The notes below the pieces were generated by a model. It searched no databases. It had not been told where the DNA came from and saw only the letters and a program-made list of their open reading frames with translations. Shown here piece by piece: positions 6,781-13,066 of a stretch of DNA of 13,066 nt (positions are counted from its first letter, which is position 1; every line of letters begins with the position of its first letter). The translations under genes were made by a program, and so were the position numbers. The DNA is from a virus (taxonomy: Duplodnaviria > Heunggongvirae > Uroviricota > Caudoviricetes): the IMG/VR virus record IMGVR_UViG_2698536339_000001; one strand, written 5' to 3'.

Positions 6781-9334
6781 ACCGGTAGGCGATCTGGTCG
6801 TTGATTTAAGTCTGGATGCGGCCAGATTTGACGAGCAGATGGCCAGAGTCAGGCGTCATTTTTCCGGTACGGAAAGTGATGCGAAAAAAACAGCGGCAGT
6901 CGTTGAACAGTCGCTGAGCCGACAGGCGCTGGCTGCACAGAAAGCGGGGATTTCCGTCGGGCAGTATAAAGCCGCCATGCGTATGCTGCCTGCACAGTTC
7001 ACCGACGTGGCCACGCAGCTTGCAGGCGGGCAAAGTCCGTGGCTGATCCTGCTGCAACAGGGGGGGCAGGTGAAGGACTCCTTCGGCGGGATGATCCCCA
7101 TGTTCAGGGGGCTTGCCGGTGCGATCACCCTGCCGATGGTGGGGGCCACCTCGCTGGCGGTGGCGACCGGTGCGCTGGCGTATGCCTGGTATCAGGGCAA
7201 CTCAACCCTGTCCGATTTCAACAAAACGCTGGTCCTTTCCGGCAATCAGGCGGGACTGACGGCAGATCGTATGCTGGTCCTGTCCAGAGCCGGGCAGGCG
7301 GCAGGGCTGACGTTTAACCAGACCAGCGAGTCACTCAGCGCACTGGTTAAGGCGGGGGTAAGCGGTGAGGCTCAGATTGCGTCCATCAGCCAGAGTGTGG
7401 CGCGTTTCTCCTCTGCATCCGGCGTGGAGGTGGACAAGGTCGCTGAAGCCTTCGGGAAGCTGACCACAGACCCGACGTCGGGGCTGACGGCGATGGCACG
7501 CCAGTTCCATAACGTGACGGCGGAGCAGATTGCGTATGTTGCTCAGTTGCAGCGTTCCGGCGATGAAGCCGGGGCATTGCAGGCGGCGAACGAGGCCGCA
7601 ACGAAAGGGTTTGATGACCAGACCCGCCGCCTGAAAGAGAACATGGGCACGCTGGAGACCTGGGCAGACAGGACTGCGCGGGCCTTCAAATCCATGTGGG
7701 ATGCGGTGCTGGATATTGGTCGTCCTGATACCGCGCAGGAGATGCTGATTAAGGCAGAGGCTGCGTTTAAGAAAGCAGACGACATCTGGAATCTGCGCAA
7801 GGATGATTATTTTGTTAACGATGAAGCGCGGGCGCGTTACTGGGATGATCGTGAAAAGGCCCGTCTTGCGCTTGAAGCCGCCCGAAAGAAGGCTGAGCAG
7901 CAGAGTCAACAGGACAAAAATGCGCAGCAGCAGAGCGATACCGAAGCGTCACGGCTGAAATATACCGAAGAGGCGCAGAAGGCTTACGAACGGCTGCAGA
8001 CGCCGCTGGAGAAATATACCGCCCGTCAGGAAGAACTGAACAAGGCACTGAAAGACGGGAAAATCCTGCAGGCGGATTACAACACGCTGATGGCGGCGGC
8101 GAAAAAGGATTATGAAGCGACGCTGAAAAAGCCGAAACAGTCCGGCGTGAAGGTGTCTGCGGGCGATCGTCAGGAAGACAGTGCTCATGCTGCCCTGCTG
8201 ACGCTTCAGGCAGAACTCCGGACGCTGGAGAAGCATGCCGGAGCAAATGAGAAAATCAGCCAGCAGCGCCGGGATTTGTGGAAGGCGGAGAGTCAGTTCG
8301 CGGTACTGGAGGAGGCGGCGCAACGTCGCCAGCTGTCTGCACAGGAGAAATCCCTGCTGGCGCATAAAGATGAGACGCTGGAGTACAAACGCCAGCTGGC
8401 TGCACTTGGCGACAAGGTTACGTATCAGGAGCGCCTGAACGCGCTGGCGCAGCAGGCGGATAAATTCGCACAGCAGCAACGGGCAAAACGGGCCGCCATT
8501 GATGCGAAAAGCCGGGGGCTGACTGACCGGCAGGCAGAACGGGAAGCCACGGAACAGCGCCTGAAGGAACAGTATGGCGATAATCCGCTGGCGCTGAATA
8601 ACATCATGTCAGAGCAGAAAAAGACCTGGGCGGCTGAAGACCAGCTTCGCGGGAACTGGATGGCAGGCCTGAAGTCCGGCTGGAGTGAGTGGGAAGAGAG
8701 CGCCACGGACAGTATGTCGCAGGTAAAAAGTGCAGCCACGCAGACCTTTGATGGTATTGCACAGAATATGGCGGCGATGCTGACCGGCAGTGAGCAGAAC
8801 TGGCGCAGCTTCACCCGTTCCGTGCTGTCCATGATGACAGAAATTCTGCTTAAGCAGGCAATGGTGGGGATTGTCGGGAGTATCGGCAGCGCCATTGGCG
8901 GTGCTGCCAGTGGCGGCGCATCCGCGTCAGGCGGTACAGCCATTCAGGCCGCTGCGGCGAAATTCCATTTTGCAACCGGAGGATTTACGGGAACCGGCGG
9001 CAAATATGAGCCAGCGGGGATTGTTCACCGTGGTGAATTTGTCTTCACGAAGGAGGCAACCAGCCGGATTGGCGTGGGGAATCTTTACCGGCTGATGCGC
9101 GGCTATGCCACCGGCGGTTATGTCGGTACACCGGGCAGCATGGCGGACAGTCGGTCGCAGGCGTCCGGGACGTTTGAGCAGAATAACCATGTGGTGATTA
9201 ACAACGACGGCACGAACGGTCAGATAGGTCCGGCTGCTCTGAAGGCGGTGTATGACATGGCCCGCAAGGGTGCCCGTGATGAAATTCAGACACAGATGCG
9301 TGATGGTGGCCTGTTCTCCGGAGGTGGACGATGA
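6773..9334 (+). CDS. H: Tail tape measure protein gpH
   Basis: GGAGGA upstream then ATG at 6773; 853 aa, largely alpha-helical and charged (long Q/A/K/E-rich stretches) with a Gly/Ala/Ser-rich C-terminal segment. Same length as lambda gpH; the stop overlaps the M start (ATGA). Confidence 0.9.
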   Translation: MAEPVGDLVVDLSLDAARFDEQMARVRRHFSGTESDAKKTAAVVEQSLSRQALAAQKAGISVGQYKAAMRMLPAQFTDVATQLAGGQSPWLILLQQGGQVKDSFGGMIPMFRGLAGAITLPMVGATSLAVATGALAYAWYQGNSTLSDFNKTLVLSGNQAGLTADRMLVLSRAGQAAGLTFNQTSESLSALVKAGVSGEAQIASISQSVARFSSASGVEVDKVAEAFGKLTTDPTSGLTAMARQFHNVTAEQIAYVAQLQRSGDEAGALQAANEAATKGFDDQTRRLKENMGTLETWADRTARAFKSMWDAVLDIGRPDTAQEMLIKAEAAFKKADDIWNLRKDDYFVNDEARARYWDDREKARLALEAARKKAEQQSQQDKNAQQQSDTEASRLKYTEEAQKAYERLQTPLEKYTARQEELNKALKDGKILQADYNTLMAAAKKDYEATLKKPKQSGVKVSAGDRQEDSAHAALLTLQAELRTLEKHAGANEKISQQRRDLWKAESQFAVLEEAAQRRQLSAQEKSLLAHKDETLEYKRQLAALGDKVTYQERLNALAQQADKFAQQQRAKRAAIDAKSRGLTDRQAEREATEQRLKEQYGDNPLALNNIMSEQKKTWAAEDQLRGNWMAGLKSGWSEWEESATDSMSQVKSAATQTFDGIAQNMAAMLTGSEQNWRSFTRSVLSMMTEILLKQAMVGIVGSIGSAIGGAASGGASASGGTAIQAAAAKFHFATGGFTGTGGKYEPAGIVHRGEFVFTKEATSRIGVGNLYRLMRGYATGGYVGTPGSMADSRSQASGTFEQNNHVVINNDGTNGQIGPAALKAVYDMARKGARDEIQTQMRDGGLFSGGGR

Positions 9335-9660
9335 AGACCTTCCGCTGGAAAGTGAAACCCGGTATGGATGTGGCTTCGGTCCCTTCTGTAAGAAAGGTGC
9401 GCTTTGGTGATGGCTATTCTCAGCGAGCGCCTGCCGGGCTGAATGCCGACCTGAAAACGTACAGCGTGACGCTTTCTGTCCCCCGTGAGGAGGCCACGGT
9501 ACTGGAGTCGTTTCTGGAAGAGCACGGGGGCTGGAAATCCTTTCTGTGGACGCCGCCTTATGAGTGGCGGCAGATAAAGGTGACCTGCGCAAAATGGTCG
9601 TCGCGGGTCAGTATGTTGCGTGTTGAGTTCAGCGCAGAGTTTGAACAGGTGGTGAACTGA
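9331..9660 (+). CDS. M: Tail tip assembly protein gpM
   Basis: ATG at 9331 overlapping the H stop; 109 aa (MKTFRWKVKPGMDVASVPSVRKVRFGDGYSQ...). Confidence 0.85.
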   Translation: MKTFRWKVKPGMDVASVPSVRKVRFGDGYSQRAPAGLNADLKTYSVTLSVPREEATVLESFLEEHGGWKSFLWTPPYEWRQIKVTCAKWSSRVSMLRVEFSAEFEQVVN

Positions 9661-10358
9661 TGCAGGATATCCGGCAGGAAACACTGAATGAATGCACCCG
9701 TGCGGAGCAGTCGGCCAGCGTGGTGCTCTGGGAAATCGACCTGACAGAGGTCGGTGGAGAACGTTATTTTTTCTGTAATGAGCAGAACGAAAAAGGTGAG
9801 CCGGTCACCTGGCAGGGGCGACAGTATCAGCCGTATCCCATTCAGGGGAGCGGTTTTGAACTGAATGGCAAAGGCACCAGTACGCGCCCCACGCTGACGG
9901 TTTCTAACCTGTACGGTATGGTCACCGGGATGGCGGAAGATATGCAGAGTCTGGTCGGCGGAACGGTGGTCCGGCGTAAGGTTTACGCCCGTTTTCTGGA
10001 TGCGGTGAACTTCGTCAACGGAAACAGTTACGCCGATCCGGAGCAGGAGGTGATCAGCCGCTGGCGCATTGAGCAGTGCAGCGAACTGAGCGCGGTGAGT
10101 GCCTCCTTTGTACTGTCCACGCCGACGGAAACGGATGGCGCTGTTTTTCCGGGACGTATCATGCTGGCCAACACCTGCACCTGGACCTATCGCGGTGACG
10201 AGTGCGGTTATAGCGGTCCGGCTGTCGCGGATGAATATGACCAGCCGACGTCCGATATCACGAAGGATAAATGCAGCAAATGCCTGAGCGGTTGTAAGTT
10301 CCGCAATAACGTCGGCAACTTTGGCGGCTTCCTTTCCATTAACAAACTTTCGCAGTAA
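9660..10358 (+). CDS. L: Tail tip protein gpL (Cys-rich C-terminus, Fe-S cluster-binding family)
   Basis: ATG at 9660 overlapping the M stop by 1 nt (TGATG); 232 aa. Cys residues are clustered at the C-terminus (NTCTWTYRGDECGYSG...DKCSKCLSGCKF). gpL-family proteins are reported to coordinate an iron-sulfur cluster (established knowledge). Confidence 0.85.
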   Translation: MQDIRQETLNECTRAEQSASVVLWEIDLTEVGGERYFFCNEQNEKGEPVTWQGRQYQPYPIQGSGFELNGKGTSTRPTLTVSNLYGMVTGMAEDMQSLVGGTVVRRKVYARFLDAVNFVNGNSYADPEQEVISRWRIEQCSELSAVSASFVLSTPTETDGAVFPGRIMLANTCTWTYRGDECGYSGPAVADEYDQPTSDITKDKCSKCLSGCKFRNNVGNFGGFLSINKLSQ

Positions 10359-10363
10359 ATCCC

Positions 10364-11107
10364 ATGACACAGACAGAATCAGCGATTCTGGCGCACGCCC
10401 GGCGATGTGCGCCAGCGGAGTCGTGCGGCTTCGTGGTAAGCACGCCGGAGGGGGAAAGATATTTTCCCTGCGTGAATATCTCCGGTGAGCCGGAGGCGTA
10501 TTTCCGTATGTCGCCGGAAGACTGGCTGCAGGCAGAAATGCAGGGTGAGATTGTGGCGCTGGTCCACAGCCACCCCGGTGGTCTGCCCTGGCTGAGTGAG
10601 GCCGACCGGCGGCTGCAGGTGCAGAGTGATTTGCCGTGGTGGCTGGTCTGCCGGGGGACGATTCATAAGTTCCGCTGTGTGCCGCATCTCACCGGGCGGC
10701 GCTTTGAGCACGGTGTGACGGACTGTTACACACTGTTCCGGGATGCTTATCATCTGGCGGGGATTGAGATGCCGGACTTTTATCGTGAGGATGACTGGTG
10801 GCGTCACGGTCAGAATCTCTATCTGGATAATCTGGAGGCGACGGGGCTGTATCAGGTGCCGTTGTCAGCGGCACAGCCGGGCGATGTGCTGCTGTGCTGT
10901 TTTGGTTCATCGGTGCCGAATCACGCCGCAATTTACTGCGGCGACGGCGAGCTGCTGCACCATATTCCTGAACAACTGAGCAAACGAGAGAGGTACACCG
11001 ACAAATGGCAGCGACGCACACACTCCCTCTGGCGTCACCGGGCATGGCGCGCATCTGCCTTTACGGGGATTTACAACGATTTGGTCGCCGCATCGACCTT
11101 CGTGTGA
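10364..11107 (+). CDS. K: Tail tip assembly protein gpK, with MPN/JAMM-like and NlpC/P60-like domains
   Basis: Longest ORF starts at ATG 10364 (247 aa); the classical lambda annotation corresponds to the internal ATG at 10508 (MSPEDWLQAEMQ..., 199 aa). A JAMM-type motif (EIVALVHSHPGGLPWLSEAD) and NlpC/P60-like Cys/His candidates (GVTDCYTLF ... NHAAIYCGDGELLHHIP) are visible. The choice of start is uncertain. Confidence 0.75.
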   Translation: MTQTESAILAHARRCAPAESCGFVVSTPEGERYFPCVNISGEPEAYFRMSPEDWLQAEMQGEIVALVHSHPGGLPWLSEADRRLQVQSDLPWWLVCRGTIHKFRCVPHLTGRRFEHGVTDCYTLFRDAYHLAGIEMPDFYREDDWWRHGQNLYLDNLEATGLYQVPLSAAQPGDVLLCCFGSSVPNHAAIYCGDGELLHHIPEQLSKRERYTDKWQRRTHSLWRHRAWRASAFTGIYNDLVAASTFV

Positions 11108-11676
11108 AAACGGGGGCTGAAGCCATCCGGGCACTGGCCACACAGCTCCCGGCGTTTCGTCAGAAACTGAGCGACGGCTGGTATCAGGTACGGATTGCCG
11201 GGCGGGACGTCAGCACGTCCGGGTTAACGGCTCAGTTACATGAGACTCTGCCTGATGGCGCTGTGATTCATATTGTTCCCAGAGTCGCCGGGGCCAAGTC
11301 AGGTGGCGTATTCCAGATTGTCCTGGGGGCTGCCGCCATTGCCGGATCATTCTTTACCGCCGGAGCCACCCTTGCAGCATGGGGGGCAGCCATTGGGGCC
11401 GGTGGTATGACCGGCATCCTGTTTTCTCTCGGTGCCAGTATGGTGCTCGGTGGTGTGGCGCAGATGCTGGCACCGAAAGCCAGAACTCCCCGTACACAGA
11501 CAACGGATAACGGTAAGCAGAACACCTATTTCTCCTCACTGGATAACATGGTTGCCCAGGGCAATGTTCTGCCTGTTCTGTACGGGGAAATGCGCGTGGG
11601 GTCACGCGTGGTTTCTCAGGAGATCAGCACGGCAGACGAAGGGGATGGTGGTCAGGTTGTGGTGATTGGTCGCTGA
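11005..11676 (+). CDS. I: Tail tip assembly protein gpI (C-terminal hydrophobic Gly/Ala-rich segment)
   Basis: ATG at 11005, overlapping the 3' end of K by 103 nt in another frame; 223 aa (MAATHTLPLASPGMARICLYGDLQRFG...VVVIGR). The segment GVFQIVLGAAAIAGSFFTAGATLAAWGAAIGAGGMTGILFSLGASMVLGGV looks membrane-like. Same length as lambda gpI. Confidence 0.85.
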   Translation: MAATHTLPLASPGMARICLYGDLQRFGRRIDLRVKTGAEAIRALATQLPAFRQKLSDGWYQVRIAGRDVSTSGLTAQLHETLPDGAVIHIVPRVAGAKSGGVFQIVLGAAAIAGSFFTAGATLAAWGAAIGAGGMTGILFSLGASMVLGGVAQMLAPKARTPRTQTTDNGKQNTYFSSLDNMVAQGNVLPVLYGEMRVGSRVVSQEISTADEGDGGQVVVIGR

Positions 11677-11694
11677 TGAAAAACGTTTATGTGA

Positions 11695-11716
11695 AACCGC
11701 CTCCGGGCGGTTTTGT
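11695..11716 (+). terminator. Hairpin plus short T tract in the I-J intergenic region (possible attenuator or RNA structure)
   Basis: AACCGCC (11695-11701), loop TCCG, GGCGGTT (11706-11712), followed by TTGTCGTTT. The 7-bp stem has 5 GC pairs; the T tract is interrupted, so termination efficiency is doubtful. Confidence 0.35.
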
Positions 11717-11735
11717 CGTTTATGGAGCGTGAGGA

Positions 11736-13066
11736 ATGGGTAAAGGCAGCAGTAAGGGGCATACTCCGCGCGAAGCGAAGGACAACCTGAAGTCCACGCA
11801 GTTGCTGAGTGTGATCGATGCCATCAGCGAAGGGCCGATTGAAGGTCCGGTGGATGGATTAAAAAGCGTGCTGCTGAACAGTACGCCAGTGCTGGACAGT
11901 GAGGGGAATACCAACATCTCCGGCGTCACGGTGGTGTTCCGGGCCGGTGAGCAGGAGCAGACACCGCCGGAGGGATTTGAATCCTCCGGCTCCGAGACGG
12001 TGCTGGGTACGGAAGTGAAATACGACACGCCGATCACCCGGACCATCACGTCGGCAAACATTGACCGACTGCGCTTTACCTTCGGCGTGCAGGCACTGGT
12101 GGAAACCACCTCAAAGGGGGACAGGAATCCGTCGGAAGTCCGCCTGCTGGTTCAGATACAGCGTAATGGTGGCTGGGTGACGGAAAAAGACATCACCATT
12201 AAGGGCAAAACCACCTCGCAGTATCTGGCCTCGGTGGTGGTGGGTAACCTGCCGCCGCGCCCGTTCAGTATACGGATGCGCAGGATGACGCCGGACAGCA
12301 CCACAGACCAGCTGCAGAACAAAACGCTCTGGTCGTCATACACCGAAATCATCGATGTGAAACAGTGCTACCCGAACACGGCACTGGTCGGTGTGCAGGT
12401 GGACTCGGAGCAGTTCGGCAGCCAGCAGGTGAGCCGTAATTATCATCTGCGCGGGCGTATTCTGCAGGTGCCGTCGAACTATAACCCGCAGACGCGGCAA
12501 TACAGCGGTATCTGGGACGGAACGTTTAAACCGGCATACAGCAACAACATGGCCTGGTGTCTGTGGGATATGCTGACCCATCCGCGCTACGGCATGGGGA
12601 AACGTCTTGGTGCGGCGGATGTGGATAAATGGGCGCTGTATGTCATCGGCCAGAATTGCGACCAGTCGGTGCCGGACGGCTTTGGCGGCACGGAGCCGCG
12701 CATCACCTGTAATGCCTGGCTGACCACACAGCGCAAGGCGTGGGATGTGCTCAGTGATTTCTGCTCGGCGATGCGCTGTATGCCGATATGGAACGGGCAG
12801 ACGCTGACGTTCGTGCAGGACCGACCATCAGATAAGGTGTGGACCTATAACCGCAGTAATGTGGTGATGCCGGATGATGGCGCGCCGTTCCGCTACAGCT
12901 TCAGCGCCCTGAAGGACCGCCATAATGCCGTTGAGGTGAACTGGATTGACCCGGATAACGGCTGGGAGACGGCGACAGAGCTTGTGGAGGACACGCAGGC
13001 CATTGCCCGTTACGGTCGTAACGTCACGAAGATGGATGCCTTTGGCTGTACCAGCCGGGGGCAGGC
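11736..13066 (+). CDS. J: Central tail fibre / host-specificity protein gpJ, N-terminal part (3'-partial at window edge)
   Basis: ATG at 11736 preceded by GAGGA; the ORF is open to the end of the window (MGKGSSKGHTPREAKDNLKSTQLLSVIDAISEGPIEGPVDGLKS...). Recognised as the lambda gpJ N-terminus. Confidence 0.9.
   Translation, partial: MGKGSSKGHTPREAKDNLKSTQLLSVIDAISEGPIEGPVDGLKSVLLNSTPVLDSEGNTNISGVTVVFRAGEQEQTPPEGFESSGSETVLGTEVKYDTPITRTITSANIDRLRFTFGVQALVETTSKGDRNPSEVRLLVQIQRNGGWVTEKDITIKGKTTSQYLASVVVGNLPPRPFSIRMRRMTPDSTTDQLQNKTLWSSYTEIIDVKQCYPNTALVGVQVDSEQFGSQQVSRNYHLRGRILQVPSNYNPQTRQYSGIWDGTFKPAYSNNMAWCLWDMLTHPRYGMGKRLGAADVDKWALYVIGQNCDQSVPDGFGGTEPRITCNAWLTTQRKAWDVLSDFCSAMRCMPIWNGQTLTFVQDRPSDKVWTYNRSNVVMPDDGAPFRYSFSALKDRHNAVEVNWIDPDNGWETATELVEDTQAIARYGRNVTKMDAFGCTSRGQ

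Noticed and set aside
8850-8960. Gly/Ala/Ser-rich low-complexity stretch near the H C-terminus (GSIGSAIGGAASGGASASGGTAIQAAAA) as a possible repeat or separate element
   Set aside because: It is in-frame within the tape measure protein and typical of the flexible C-terminal region of tape measure proteins; there is no nucleotide-level tandem repeat.
7331-10370. Long reverse-strand ORFs antisense to H, M and L (7331-7909, 7949-8479, 8425-8943, 8927-9592 and 9558-10370, up to 270 aa)
   Set aside because: All are antisense to strongly recognised tail genes, with Arg/Pro/Cys-rich low-complexity translations typical of spurious frames in GC-rich DNA, and no intergenic start regions.
1-13066. Search by eye for a Chi site (GCTGGTGG or its complement), CRISPR repeats, tRNA-like structures or IS inverted repeats
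   Set aside because: None found; near-matches such as CACTGGTGG at about 12074 are not exact. A manual scan is not exhaustive, but nothing suggests such elements.

Overview
The window is a complete, collinear lambda-type head and tail morphogenesis module, all on the + strand: portal B (3' end), C/Nu3, D, E, FI, FII, Z, U, V, G/GT, H, M, L, K, I and the 5' part of J. Gene order, lengths, overlaps and protein sequences match my recollection of phage lambda's left arm, so this is lambda or a near-identical lambdoid prophage; I could not run a search, so percent identity is not quantified. I see no tRNA, CRISPR array, IS element or inserted cargo/defence gene. The one feature that canonical lambda organisation does not explain is a 2 x 508-bp direct tandem duplication (1841-2348 and 2349-2856) covering the leader and first 163 codons of major capsid gene E. 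It creates a truncated, frameshifted E' ORF (1860-2408) directly upstream of, and overlapping, an intact E (2368-3393). The two copies differ at four positions, all silent third-codon changes. Other points are well-known lambda features visible in the sequence: Nu3 nested in C, the GGGAAAG G/GT -1 frameshift site, the K/I overlap, and hairpin/T-tract structures in the D-E and I-J gaps. I found no convincing undescribed system beyond the E duplication, which could also be an assembly artefact.
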